From Oculina patagonica (taxonomy: Eukaryota): 64,000 bases of DNA. Positions 1 to 12,793 of the stretch are shown one piece after another. The stretch is from contig NC_135761.1 in NCBI RefSeq assembly GCF_052425735.1, forward strand, positions 39,246,001 to 39,310,000. Direction: 5' to 3'. Position numbers and translations under genes: made by a program. The stretch's first letter is position 1. Every line of letters begins with the position of its first letter. The notes under the pieces were generated by a model, which was not told where the DNA came from, did no database searches, and saw only the letters and a program-made list of their open reading frames with translations.

Positions 1-96
1 CAGGTACGAAGAATAAAACGCATTACTGTATTTATATTTGGCTCGGCGGCCACTTAAGAGCAAAGATCCACTAATACCGCGCGAAAACAAAAATAG

Positions 97-1202
97 GTGG
101 CACAAAAGTTGCACATCAGAATTCTTGATATGCCGCCCAAAGAAAGCCTATGGTAGGCCTAGAAACGCGGTGGGATTTTTTTCTTCAAATATTTCTTCAA
201 CCGGTCAAAAACTTACAAAACCGTTATGAACCCCAGTGTCTTCTAAAACACACAAAATAAACATTACTAACACCGTGTCGTAAACTTCGCACTGGCTCAT
301 TCGCATTAAATGAAACCCCGTTTTTGAGCCTAGAAATGGACTATTGAAGTGTTTATAAGTCATTTGAGTCCAATCTTTCTTCTGTAAGTTAATTGCGAAG
401 GTCACGGCGAGCCGCTGAAAATCACTAAAATTCGGTTGCTCGAAATTCTTAATTTGGCGCTCTTTTTCGAGAGAGAATTACTCTACCCGGTAAAACTCTA
501 AATAACTTGAATTTCAGATATTTTGAAAGGGGAAATGCCATTCTAAAACCTAGTGTAAAAATTTATTTCGGGCTCTCTATACGCGCTGAGTGCGAACGCT
601 CTCAAAATACTTATAATTACAAAATTATCTGTCACTGAAACGTAAACAATACCCACATTCTCCCGGCCTGAGAGTCCAAAACGTCTTCTTCTGAGTCTTT
701 CCTCCGTTTTCTACTAGTATTTAGATGTAATCTACAGCAGAAGTTCCCTGTTAAGATCATCCTGAACACCATATCTTCTAAATATCGAGGGTAAAGCGAA
801 TTTCGAATGCTATCGCCATCTTTAATATCGATCAGTCTTCAAGCGTGCTGTCGACAACTTCAGTACATCTCCGTGTTGACATTCAACATTCGACCACTTT
901 CAGGTCTGCCATGATATATTCCCATCTCTTGTTAAACAACCGTCGAATAAATATACCCTTCTTGTATCAATCCTTTGATTTCTCGACCGAAATGCCGGTC
1001 CGTTCAGTTCTCCATGGTCGGAAACAAACCAGACAAACTGTTGTTCTCCGATGACATGTTGACTAATTTGAAACTTGCGTGTCACGCAATCGCTTTCGTA
1101 CTAGTCACTCGGTAGGTTTTTGCTCACGATTGCCATAAATGAAATAAAAAAACACGATGATTTGAAAGATCAGGACGTCTAAATTAATTGTTTTGTGTTT
1201 AA
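97..1202 (+). repeat. Left arm of ~1.1-kb inverted repeat (partner 5089-6191)
   Basis: GTGGCACAAAAGTTGCAC... at 97 is the reverse complement of ...GTGCAACTTTTGTGCCAC ending at 6191. ORF-track peptides 38..229(+)/6059..6274(-) and 845..1054(+)/5186..5446(-) are near-identical mirror images. Confidence 0.95.
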
Positions 1203-1205
1203 GGG

Positions 1206-1305
1206 GAGGTGGATGGAAAGGGTCGAAATGAATTTCAACTTGAACGTGAAAAATTTCGGCAGAGTTTCTCAAGTTGAAATTCTTTTCGACCCTTTCCATC
1301 TACCT
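1206..1305. mobile_element. Small palindromic MITE/hairpin
   Basis: AGGTGGATGGAAAGGGTCGAAATGAATTTCAACTTGA ... TCAAGTTGAAATTCTTTTCGACCCTTTCCATCTACCT, ~37-bp arms. Confidence 0.75.
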
Positions 1306-1534
1306 AAAACAAGTAGGGGGATTATGGCACAGTTTCGACGAAAAACAATCAAAATAGAAGCCTCTACAGCAGTTGTTTTACAATATGCAAACAACCAAAG
1401 GTTAAATTAACGGCAAATCATTTCTGAGCGGCAACGTCTTGTCCAAAATAATATTGTTATCGCAAGTGCTGAACCCACTCCATCACCCCTCCCCCTCTCC
1501 GCTACACCTCACCGAAGGCACTCAACCCCCCAGT

Positions 1535-1970
1535 TGGGGGGGGGGCATTCGGGATTTAAAGTTACGGGGATGATCGAAGGATTTTTTTGGGTTTGAAATT
1601 TTCGATTCCGTGATTTTTTTTGGGTAGCAAAATTTGGCAAGTATTTTATTGGGTGGCTTGATTTAACTAGGGATTTTTGGGGGTATTACAAACAATCTCA
1701 AAATTCGTGGCAATGCTTTGACCACATAGTTCTGTGATTTAAGTACAAACACTCAACGTGTTTCTAATGTGTTTTTTTGTGTGTGTTATATCTTATATTC
1801 CCCCTTTCTGATTTATTTCGTGGCTTAGAAATTTGAAATGGTATTTTTGGGGGGTTGGTTTTTGGTCCAGGGTTTTTTGGGGTTTTGTTGGAAGCCTCAG
1901 GGATTTTTTTGGGTCATGATTTTCGCTCCCATTCGATCATACCCGTCATTTGAAATCCCGAGTACCCCCC
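1535..1970. mobile_element. MITE with G/C-run termini
   Basis: Imperfect TIRs GGGGGGCATTCGGGATTTAAAGTTACGGGGATGATCGAA / TTCGATCATACCCGTCATTTGAAATCCCGAGTACCCCCC. Confidence 0.75.
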
Positions 1971-2363
1971 ATGAGCTCAACCCAAGGTCCAGATCCTTAC
2001 TATCCTTGCTCTTTTATATCCTTTTGAAGACAAAATAAAACCTCCTTTTCGCTACCTGACGAAATAAAAACGTGTATAAACCATCAATAAAATTGAGGAT
2101 GTTGCCTTTTTTACGTAGCTCCAGAAGTGACACGTATTTCTACTTTAATTAAATTTTCACTTTCGACAGGGGTCCATTCGGCTTTAAATAAAAGAAAACA
2201 ATTTAGAATATTTAGATAGATCGACTGCCCGGTGTTTGGTGGATTAAAAGAAAAGTAATATAAGGGATAATTCCTTACCCCTTTCGACATTTCATAAAGG
2301 GCAATTGGTAGAGTAAAACAGACTATTTCGTTTTTGCCCCTTGTTACTTTTTCTTTCTCAAAC

Positions 2364-2395
<32 letters not shown>

Positions 2396-2429
2396 TATTA
2401 TAACCGTGACGGTGGTTTGGAAACCCGAT

Positions 2430-2650
2430 CTTAATTAGCATAGATTTTTTACGATTTTATTTCTCCGTTTACTCCGTAGTTTTTGTTTCGATCGAGAAGA
2501 TATATCAAACACTCGAGACAGTGTTTCATCGGCTATCCAAACACCTCGAATTTCGTCAAAAATACTCCGCTGCGCGTCGTATTTTCAACTCTCTTTTCGG
2601 AGTTTGGATATTCCGATGAAACACTGCCTCTCGTGATTGATATATTACGT
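2430..2650. repeat. Interspersed repeat with internal palindrome (MITE-like)
   Basis: ATATATCAAACACTCGAGACAGTGTTTCATCGG...CCGATGAAACACTGCCTCTCGTGATTGATATAT fold-back at ~2500-2645. Confidence 0.65.
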
Positions 2651-3149
2651 CAAAATGTTATATAAGAGTAGAGATATGGACGGCGTCTCGGGCTCGAGGC
2701 CTCGGGTATAATTACTTTTACCCGTACGCATGGTACGCGCTGGTCGTAAAAGATCTAAAAGTTACTTTCCTTCTTCATGGCTTTTCAAAAAGCTGTTGGA
2801 GCCTAGTCCCTGGGGGGGGGGGGGTTCTTGACCTAAGTTTAGGTATAGGGGTGCTGCTGGAAGTTTGAAACCCTGACCTTGTTTAGGACAATAAAAACTT
2901 AAAATACCTACCCTGTGTAGGACAACACCCCCTATTCTAAGACCCTATTTAGGACAAAGGATAACATTAACAATCATTACGCTTTATTGTGATTGCGTCC
3001 CATACGCGACGTTTGAAGCATTGAAATGCAGAAACACCTATCCCACCGAATAAAATAATGCTTTTTTATTGCAGTGAAAGCGAAAACAATGTAAATACAT
3101 GGACATACATACTAAAAAGAACAAATTGTGTATCGCCATACAGCTACGA

Positions 3150-3420
3150 TTTTAATAAACTACATAGGCCTTTCGACCGTAACGGTCCTCTTCAGTGTAG
3201 TAACATTTGTAATGGCAACGACCAGTAACATGATATTACAGTACAGATAGGGTGTGTCGAGATATATAGGGTGTGTAACGCCGGTGCGTAATGCACACGG
3301 ATCAACCCTATTAAGGCCATCAGGCTCACTAGTGCGCAACTTACTTATCCAAATGGACTCTAACTCATTTAACTTCTCAGGAGAAGAATGGCTTAATACA
3401 GTCTTGGACGACAGTCTTGC
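3150..3420 (-). mobile_element. Penelope-like element 3' fragment (GIY-YIG C-terminus plus pLTR)
   Basis: LNELESIWISKLRTSEPDGLN matches the E-x2-WI-x2-L-x-T-x2-P-x-GLN end of PLE GIY-YIG domains. A hammerhead motif follows. Confidence 0.8.
3159..3201 (-). ncRNA. Minimal type I hammerhead ribozyme
   Basis: Minus strand: ACTACA-CTGAAGA-G-GACCG-TTA-CGGTC-GAAA-GGCC-TA-TGTAGT. Stem I ACTACA/TGTAGT, stem II GACCG/CGGTC, palindromic stem III AGGCCT, CUA cleavage triplet. Confidence 0.85.
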
Positions 3421-4819
3421 AGCCATACCCTGTCTAGGACAGATTCAGGCCCTGTTTAGGACAGGAGCTTGAAATTATATACCCTGTTCAGGACCGGAGG
3501 AGTCAAAAACCATACCCTATCCAGCGGCACGTCCCCGTATAGGCCATATAGGGGAGACCCCCCCCCCCCCGGGCTAGTGACCCGTCAGGGCGGAGCTTCT
3601 TTCAGTTTCAATATATAGTAGGAGTATTTTACTCCTACAAAATAAGATGCTAGTCCATCGCAGGATTATCCTCTCCTTCCTCCTCAACATACACACCTTG
3701 GTGGAGACAGCACTGTGGGAAAAAAATTGTCTTGCCCAAAAACATAATGCAATGATCCCGGCCAGGGCTCGAATACGGACTGGTCGACCAAGAGTCTAGC
3801 GCACTAACGATTTGTGTACTTGGAGATGTTGGTTGGTCAACTGGACTGTGGATGACGTTTCCATGTGATGAGTGATAAGTCCAGTTTCAGCGAATGTATA
3901 CCCTATTCAGGTCTCAAATGCGGCACTAATTCGCGGGGGGTTGGGGGGGGGGGGTAATTTGAGGACACCACTTTTGAAACAAAGCAAACACTGAAAACAG
4001 ACTACTTGCACAGGTACCCGGAAAAAGAAAGAGAGAAATTGGGCTTGGTGTAACGGTAAAGTTCATGAACGGCCTTCACAACAAAACTACGTACTGTAAT
4101 AATAATGGACAGAGCACTTGTTGAACGAATAATGGTGTAATATATTCACTTTAAGTGTTTTAGAGTTCCATTGTCGGTCAAAGGGAATTCTTCGAATAAG
4201 CACCGCATCGGGACTCTTCTATTCGGAGGAGGCGCTTATTTACATTTTGTCCCAAATGCGGCGTTATTCAAATGCTTCGCTTATTCGGGGACGGCGCTTA
4301 TTCGATGGAATACGGCAGTTATTTTAACTGGATCGGAAGATATGTAGGACTATATGCCGTGAGACAGTTGTGCCAGGTAGGGGCCCATGGTTGTGCCTGA
4401 AGAAAAAAGGCAGTGCCTTTCAAATCGTATTGACCGAAATGATCGATCTATTTTTTTTTTTTCGCAATGTCTTTGACCAATCACCACTTACCCAACCACG
4501 GGAGGCTCCGCCCCAAAGTGAAGATGTCGTTCTGGATACCTCAATACAATAGTTAACAGGGCAAGGTCTCTGTTTGCTGTATTGCTGTATACCTGTTTTC
4601 ACAAAAGGACATATGATCTGGACCTCAGGCGGAGTACCGCTCGTCGTCGTGTAGGCAGGGGTTAGTGGGTTAGTGGCAATGGTGTGGGCCAAGCCATCTG
4701 TTGAAAATATCATTTTGGCCAAGATTCTGTTTCTTGCAAATAATGGTTTACCATATATTGTTTCAACCTTTAGTTGATTGAGTATAGTGAAACAATGAGC
4801 GCTATATTAAACCTTTACA

Positions 4820-5019
4820 TACCTTATTATAGGAAATTAACGATACATGTTATTAACGCGAATTTCAAAAATTCGCGTTAATTTTATTGATGTTTATTGA
4901 TATAAACACGTTTACTATAAGCATTTAACCAGAACATTTCTTAAATTCGCGTTAATTTTATTACGCGTATATTTTGTTCGCGTTGTTAAAATGCTTCGTT
5001 ATATTCCTATAATAAGGTA
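4820..5019. mobile_element. MITE
   Basis: TIRs TACCTTATTATAGGAA / TTCCTATAATAAGGTA with repeated AATTCGCGTTAAT internal motif. Confidence 0.7.
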
Positions 5020-5088
5020 AGTCTGTTTACGATCAGGACTAGTTTACGATTTTTTCGTGAAGGGTCACAAAGGGATGCTGGCACAGCG

Positions 5089-6191
5089 TTAACCAGAATA
5101 TTTAATTGAGACGTCCTGATCTTTCGAATTATCGGGTGTTTTTAATTCATTTATGGAATCGTGTAACAAAAAAACAACCGAGTAACTAAGGAAAGGGATT
5201 ACGTGACACGCAAGTTGAGTCAACATGTAATCGGAGAACAACAGTTTGCCTGGTTCCAGTGCGTTGTTCTTGACCATGAAGAAATGAACGGACCGGTATT
5301 TCGGTCGAGAAATCAAAATGTTGATACAAGAAGGGTATATTTATTCGACAGCTGTTTAACAAGAGATGGGAATATATCATGGCAGACCTGAGAGTGGTCG
5401 AATGTTGAATGTCAACACGGAGATGTACTGAAGTTGTCGACAACACGCTTGAAGACTAATCGCTATTAAAGATGGCGATAGCATTCGAAATTCGCTTTAT
5501 TCTCGATATTTGGAAGATATGGTGTTCAGGATGATCTTAACAGGGAACTTCTGCTGTAGATTACATCTAAATACTAGTAGAAAACGGAGGAAAGACTCAG
5601 AAGACGTTTTGGACTCTCAGGCAGGAAGAATGTGGGTATTGTTTACGTTTCAGTGACAGATAATTTTGTAATTAAAAGTATTTTGAGAGCGTTCGCACTC
5701 AGCGCGTATAAAGAGCCCGAAATAAATTTTAACACTATGTTTTAGAATGGCATTTCCCCTTTCAAAATATCTGAAATTCAAGTTATTTAGAGTTTTACCG
5801 GGTAGAGAAATTCTTTCTCGAAAAAGAGCGCCAAATTAAGAATTACGAGCAACCGAATTTTAGTGGTTTTCAGCGGCTCGCCGTGACCTTCGCAATAAAC
5901 TTACAGAAGAAAGATTGGACTCAAATGACTTATAAACACTTCAATAGTCCATTTCTAGGCTCAAAAACGGGGTTTCATTTAATGCGAATGAGCCAGTGCG
6001 AAGTTTACGACACGGTATTAGTCATGTTTATTTTGTGTGTTTAAGAAGACGCTGGGGTTCATAACGGTTTTGTAAGTTTTTGACCGGTTGAAAAAATATT
6101 TGAAGAAAAAAATCCCACCACGTTTCTAGGCCTACCATAGGCTTTCTTTGGGCGGCATATCAAAAATTCTGAAGTGCAACTTTTGTGCCAC
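5089..6191 (-). repeat. Right arm of ~1.1-kb inverted repeat
   Basis: Reverse complement of 97-1202. The outer part is near-identical and the inner ~200 bp visibly more diverged. Confidence 0.95.
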
Positions 6192-7103
6192 TGCCCGCTC
6201 GGTCTGAGTCGAAATTTCTTCTTAATTGAGTTCAAGGATTGTAAAATGTAATAATGAAAAATTGAACGCGTCATGCAAACAGGGTAAACAATAGACTCGA
6301 CTTTTCACCGAATCAAACAGCTGAGCCACAAAATAATGTTCTGTGTTTAGTAGTTTATAAGCTCTTCTGTGATGCAGAAATGGTAAATTCGAGAAATACT
6401 TTTTCTAGATCTTCACAATCTCTATTAACATTGTGGCAGCTCGCCGTTCGTTTTGCGTGCCACATCTAAATTAGACGTTGGATTAAAACTACAGCACACA
6501 CTTACCCGGCTCATTGCCTTTGTAAACAGTTTATGTCATTCATTCTTCAGTTTCTTGCTTTATTAATAAATATCAGCAGCTTTCAGTAATATTCCATTTA
6601 CGTCCATATTTTGCGGGCGGTGATGCCGATACAGTCCGCCACACTAAGTCTGTCAAGTCTGCCGCTGTCTGCAGTTTCTTGCATCTGATCTCTGGGTTTA
6701 AGTTTCGTTAGTTTGCACGCCAAAAATCAAATCGGTTTGTTCGTGTCAGTATAATCCTGGATAGTAGAAATCCATGATATAAAGAAAATGTTTGTTTTCA
6801 AAGACATATTTCCAAACATGCATGCTTTCATTCGATTTTCGTGACAATTAACGCAAACTGAAACGTGATCTCTGACATATGAGACGTTTTAATCTAATTG
6901 GTCAACTTTGAAAAACGTGTTCAGTTACTTGACCGTTTCTTTAAGCGGGAATCATCTCTTCTGTTTCTTCATGTGCAGTTTATGTAGGTAAAGCTCAACT
7001 CCTTCCTTTCTGCTGCCGGAAAAAAGGAAACCGAAAAAAGATTCCCTACAGCGTTGCAAACAATGTAATTAGCCGACGTCTTTACATGGTCTGTGGAATC
7101 ATG

Positions 7104-7432
7104 GTGGAATGCGTAGCGACGCCGTCGCTTTGTCCTGAAAGTGTTTCGAAGTTCGAAACAGTTGTACGCATGAAATGAAGGTCTCATCAGCAATCGTGTT
7201 CAGCTACAAATTATTTTATTACTGCGAGAAATGGAACAGCTAGGCCAACGATCGATCTTTGCATCAGTTTGTGGAATGCGAAGCGACGCTGTCTCTTTGT
7301 CCTGAAATGTTTCTATGTTTGAAACGGTTGTACATTTGTACGCGTGAAATGAAGTGGTATCATCATCAATTATATTGTGTTCAGCTATAATTTTATTACC
7401 ACAAGAAATGGAACACCCAACAATCGATCAAG
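7104..7432. repeat. Diverged tandem duplication, ~165-bp unit x2
   Basis: GTGGAATGCG(T/A)AGCGACGC...TTTGTCCTGAAA...GAAATGGAACA...ATCGATC starts at 7104 and 7271. Confidence 0.8.
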
Positions 7433-8189
7433 TAAGAGGTGAGCACATTTAACAGTTTGTATACATGTATACAAATTAAATGAACACGGCAATCACAATC
7501 GCGTGCGAAGACTGTTGGTCATGCGATCAAAGACATGGAGTATCCCACTATCCCATGTTAACCACAACCAAGAATTATTGTATCTGTCTTTCAACTTTCT
7601 ATCTCAAGTTAGATTACATGTAACTGTAGAGACATAAAGAATAGCCATAAAGGTGAATAAAAAGGTTAGTTACATCGCATTAACTCCACAGAATTAGTTA
7701 TAATATAACACATTTCTAGATATTTCGGTTTCAGCCCTTAATTTTAATTTCAGTTCCTACATGTATGAAGTTCTATTGAGTAAATTCTAAGTAAGAGTAA
7801 GAGTTCCAAGATAGATCTTTTTCCAAAAATTTCTAAGAAAGCTTAAGTAATTGTGCACTTCATTTATATTTGTAACTTAACAAATTAGAGCAAAAAAAGT
7901 CAAATATATAAATAGCATTTGAGTTTCAAATGAACACTGTAACAAAGCAAAACACTGTCATGAAGCAAATTTGTTGACATTGACTTGGTACTGAGTAGAT
8001 AAAATAAAACTTGCATAATTGTGAATGTATGCTCATTTATCAAAGCAAGCTTAATATATATTTCTTTTGGCAATTCATTAAACTCTTGTTGATTTTCTGG
8101 CAATGCATGTATGTTGATTTGTGCGGCAAAACATTAATTTTGAGCGAGGTTTTAGTATACAAGAATCATTTTGCACTGTTGCATGCAAG

Positions 8190-8586
8190 TACAGGGTTGC
8201 ACTAGCCAGGTAAACTAGCTTCTGCAGGGCTGTTTCATGAGGTCTACAGGGACTGCTGGTTTGAAAACTGTAACAGGGCTGTTACAGTTTGGCTACTTGG
8301 TAGAAACAACCTTGCCAACTGTGCCAATTTACGAGCTGCAACAGGGCTGTCCTGGACAAGCCTATGAACAACCTGTTACAGGCTTGGTACAGGGCTGCCA
8401 CAGGGTTATTGTTGTCATTAAATAGGCAATACCATGACAGGGCTGTTACAGGGTTGCTGCTTGGTAGAAACAACCTTGCTAACTGTGCCAATTTACGAGC
8501 TGCAACAGGGTTGTAACAAGGTCCTTTTCACACCCCAGTTACAGGGCTCCAGGGGGGTTTCTACAGGGTAGACTTTTTCTTAAGGG
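8190..8586. mobile_element. DNA-transposon end with ACAGGG subterminal repeats (EnSpm/CACTA-like, ending ...TTTTCTTAAGGG)
   Basis: Many ACAGGG(C/T)TG copies, an internal ~80-bp direct duplication (8272-8350 / 8436-8513) and a GGG terminus. Confidence 0.5.
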
Positions 8587-9309
8587 AATAAGATAAAATT
8601 TAGTTTAATTTTTCTTTGAGTTAGCACAGCTGACAAACTGAGCAAGCTTATAAATTCAACTAAATTGAAAACAGTACCAAGTTGGTTTTGTCTTAAACAT
8701 GACCTTTTTGCACAATTTCAGTAATTCATTCCAGTAATCCATGCTTCATGGATAATAGTTTGTATTTTTTATAGTTTAATTTATACTATTTTATCTCACC
8801 TGCAAAGTGCTTTAGAATAATTTTATATAATTTTAGCGCTACATAAATTAGATTATTACTATTATTAATCTGTAAGATTATGCTCTTCAGTGTCCTCAGC
8901 AACAAACAGCAAGCCCTAAAGGTTCAAAAAAAAGAACAAAACTTGGCTCAGCTGAAAAACTCAGCAAGCTAATAAGTTTAAACCAAAATCATTATTAAAA
9001 GTGTCATAAGTTGGTGAGAATTTTGTTGTGTTCCATCATCGTACAAGAGTCTGTCAGTACTACTGTATCACGGCAGCAACGCTGATTATGTGGCTGGTAC
9101 TGCTGTCTTTCCCAGGAATCAACATGTTTGGTTGATTTACTTCTCACCATGATTCTGATCAAGAAAGGAGTGTAAGCAAAAGTGATAAAGCAGTGATGAA
9201 GGAGTGAATGGAAAGGAAGAGGAAGTGGCAATTGGTGAAGAAATGGGAGGTAACAGAGGGGAGGAAGGTGAAGAATTGACATTTCCCGAGAAATTTCCAG
9301 TTGTTGGGT

Positions 9310-9675
9310 TCCGTTGGTGGCGCAGACACCAATAGTATACAGGACATCTACCATGGACTTGATTACAAGAATTTCGTACATCCTGGAGGTTTCCTATCTC
9401 ACCCTTACAACATCTCTTTTACTTTTAACACTGATGGGGTCAACAAATATTCATCGTCAATGCCTGGACAAAGCTTCCAAAGGAACACAGGTATAAAAAG
9501 AAATTTATTATTCCCACATATATCTATTATGACAAACATGATCCGAATATGCTTACATTTCTAAACCCTCTGGTTGAAAAGCTCAACACTATCTATGATT
9601 CGGGAATTGAAGTACCAGGCAGCCCTGCAAACGATAACATGCTTTTCGTGGCCACAGCGGATTTGCATGCCCGAG
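9310..9675 (+). pseudogene. EnSpm/CACTA transposase fragment
   Basis: DIYHG...GGFLSHPYNISFTFNTDGV, then after a frameshift LPKEHRYKK...PNMLTFLNPLVEKL...VATADLHAR. These are the TDG and DxxAR catalytic motifs of CACTA transposases. Confidence 0.85.
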
Positions 9676-10544
9676 GACAAGGAGGATTTTTAAAACTCTT
9701 ATAATTGTGACAAAAGTTTGTCATAAGTGGATACTTAACTTTTATAATAGTCACTCAGATAGAAAAATATTTATCTGTCTTGATTTATTTGAGAAGCAAT
9801 TTAGAGCTTTTGTTTTTAACTATTAATTTTAGAGACATTTTAATTTTATTCTCGTTTATTTTCTTACTCTTGTAAAGCAAAATAATGTAATATGTTATTG
9901 TAAATATTACATTACAGCACCCCAGATTCCATGAAACAGTAAAAAAAAACTGAAAGAAATATCAAGATAATTATTACTTACCATATAATTATGTGAGTAT
10001 TTTACCAGCATAATAGAAGTACTTATATATGTTAGCATAATATGTCTGTTAGCATCTTTCAAGTCCAAAAAATGCCAACAACAAGCATCATATACTGTAT
10101 TTGTTTGGCAACAAGTAAAATTTACTTGAAATTATATGACTTAATGTTTTTTCCTTAACACCACAAAGTACACTGACTTTTGATGACTTGATAAGTATAA
10201 ATCCCCTAATATAAAGTATAATTAAGGTGTAGTTATTGTTTTATTAATTCTAACCAATCTTCGTATTCTTTTTTTCTCGACAGTAATGGCCCAAAATCTG
10301 TCACATTGACACATTAGCAGGATACATCCATAATGTAATACCATGACAAGTATTTCGAGTTCCAGATCCAAGCAAAGACGGAAACAGTCTGAGCAGTCTG
10401 TTTCTCCCCCAGAAAAAGGAAACAATTTGCTGCCTATGACTACAAAAAGAGTCCTGCTTAAATAAAGAAGTTTAAAATTGACACTACATCAAATGCCTAA
10501 GATGTCCTCGTTGGAGATGATGTATCTGTTGATGATAAGACACT

Positions 10545-11040
10545 TTGTCTTCGTCTAAAACAAGGATAAAAAGAGGAGTTACATCTACCAGCAGAGACCA
10601 AATGGAAATTGCGCTCGAATTCCCGACTCATCTGAAAGAAACTGATAAAAGCCACCCTCCAGCTGCTCTTCGAATTCTTGATGAGGGTCATCTGACATTC
10701 GTGAAGAAAGAATTTCTCAACTTTGTGAAAGAAGCTGATTTGAACATTTGTGAAAATGTGAATGTGCGCAGCTTGAAAAAACACAAAACTATTTTCTTGG
10801 AAGTTTTCCATTTCAATGTTTATAATGACGAGGAGTTGCTGAAACTCTTTAAATGTCAGCAGAAAAGTGTGGAGCGCCAGTGAAGGATACAAGCAACAAT
10901 ATTATTGACAAGGGTCTATATTGCTTCATATACTGTGCAACACTGAACCAAAGAATTCTTCAGGGGGAAATTCGAAAGGGACTTGGCTACATCTAGTAAA
11001 GTTGTAGAAGCTGATAGGTCGTTGAGAGATCAAAAACATT
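10545..11040 (+). pseudogene. Degraded coding fragment, probably TE-associated
   Basis: 112-aa ORF with natural composition (LRILDEGHLTFVKKEFLNFVKEAD), continuing after breaks as KEFFRGKFERDL...EADRSLRD. Family not identified. Confidence 0.4.
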
Positions 11041-11097
11041 AGGTGTTGCCAAAAAAAGGTAGATTATTGTATTCAGTTCTAATCTGGGACCACAACG

Positions 11098-11295
11098 AAC
11101 TGGGACAATAATAATAACGAAGACTTCCATCTTACAGTCTTCGATACAGCCCTTGCAGAAATCAGTTCTTTTAAAAAAGAAATTACTAAGCTCACCATGG
11201 ATGACATTACAACAAATTCCCTTACCCTACCATCTGTGATCACAGTTCGCTTCAACAATAAGACCAAAATTGTAACAAAAATTGCAATCAAGTAA
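11098..11295 (+). pseudogene. Coding fragment resembling the C-terminus of an RPA-like OB fold
   Basis: Open frame without Met: NWDNNNNEDFHLTVFDTALAEI...LTLPSVITVRFNNKTKIVTKIAIK*. Family assignment by resemblance only. Confidence 0.3.
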
Positions 11296-11729
11296 CTGAC
11301 AAAACGTGACATGGAGACCTGACTTTTAAAACTGCTTCTCGTTGAAAGAAAAAAAGCCAATTTTCATTGACACTGACATTTTAAGTTGTGTTGCCCCATG
11401 GATGACAGTTCATTATAAAAATATTTTTTTCTAGTTATAGCCTGAAAATCGTAATTACCCACTTGAGTTGAACATTTACTTCAGTTATGGTAGGTTTCAG
11501 TTACCATTATTTAAAAGTACCTACTAGTTATAACAAATACAAAAAATACCGACTTTTAAAACACTCAGTGAGATATCTCCTTCAACTAAATTTAACTTTA
11601 TCATAACATAAGCAATACTATAAATTTATTAACGTAACATTCAAATAATTATGTGCTGTTTATGGGCTTAACAATTATTTTAATCGTTTATATTGTAACC
11701 AACTGTTGTTGTTCACCCAACAGTTGAGT

Positions 11730-12075
11730 TAAAAACGATATTGGAGTGGTGAAAAAGGAGTTAAGAGATGTGTCAACGTCGCTCGAGGCTGCATGGGTAG
11801 AAGTGAATCTGCTAAAGGAAAATAACAAATCTCTACAAAAACATTTGGACGATACACTGAACAAGAATTGCAAATAAAGCGAAGAGATTGTCGTGCTGAG
11901 AGGCCGCTTAATCAAACAGGATGATTATTCCAGGAGGGAAAACCATCGCTTTTACAACATAGCCGAAGAACCCAGAGAGACGAAGTAAGAATGTTTTGCT
12001 TAAGTTAAAGTGCTTGACGAAATTGGTGCCAGTTCGGACGAGATCCGATTCCACACTATTCTCCAGATTGGTAAG
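11730..12075 (+). pseudogene. Non-LTR retrotransposon ORF1 fragment (coiled coil plus L1-type RRM)
   Basis: KKELRDVSTSLEAAWVEV...LIKQDDYSRRENHRFYNIAEE...IRFHTILQIGK (YSRRxN and xHRIG-like motifs), several stops. Confidence 0.8.
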
Positions 12076-12313
12076 TCGAAAATGCACTCAAATAATCGAC
12101 CCAGCTCTACGCCGTCTTTGGACGGGGCATCTAACACCGAGGCTTCTCCAAGATCGAAGATGATGAGTCTCACTTTACCTGTCCACATCCAGTAATAGCA
12201 CGTTTTGTTTCGTGAATGGATGCCGTATGGGTCTGGGGAAGGAGAAAAAGACTGATGGAAACTCAATTCTCTTCTGTTTTCATCAATAAAGACCTTTCGG
12301 CGGAGATGTTACT

Positions 12314-12793
12314 ATGGAATTCTTTATGAGTGATGATACAGATCCATATTACAATGCCTGGTGTTCGGCTTTTTCAAGATCTGACAAAAAGCTGCTTTAC
12401 AGCTGGCACATGGACAGTAGCTGGCACCAAAAGCTAAATGAATTTATTAAAGACAAAGAACAGCAAGCAGAAGTGTATGAAGCCCTAAAAAATCTTCAAA
12501 ATGAGACCATCAAAAGTATATTTCGAAGATCCTTGCAACAGTTCCTTGCATGGTTAAAGGGCATCTCCCCAGAAATTACCTCTTACTTCGACAAGGAGTA
12601 CGCCTCCCAGAAGGGCATCCTCTGTGAAGGATTGCCCACAAACACCAACATGTTTCTGGAAAGCTTCCACCAAACCAAGCAAAACAGGCGAGTAGATCAT
12701 CTGCTGTGGACACGGGGCTACGAACAGTTGATCAAAGCTGAAAAGGGCAAGGTTAGCCAACGGCAGTGGGATACTAACAAGAGGCACAAGTAG
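12314..12793 (+). pseudogene. Mutator (MULE) transposase fragment
   Basis: FMSDDxxxYYNAW, LLYSWH (CxxH-like), TNTNMFLESFH and KQNRRVDHLL motifs; internally deleted. Confidence 0.85.

Larger units (their letters stand above)
2808..3573. mobile_element. MITE with CCCNGGGG...CCCCGGG ends, interrupted by a Penelope fragment
   Basis: Poly-G/poly-C termini, repeated ACCCTGTTTAGGACA subterminal motif, CTAGT on both flanks. Confidence 0.7.

Noticed and set aside
4420-4740. Possible host exon on the minus strand (100-aa ORF, GGTAAGT donor)
   Set aside because: No recognisable domain and no partner exons; cannot be supported.
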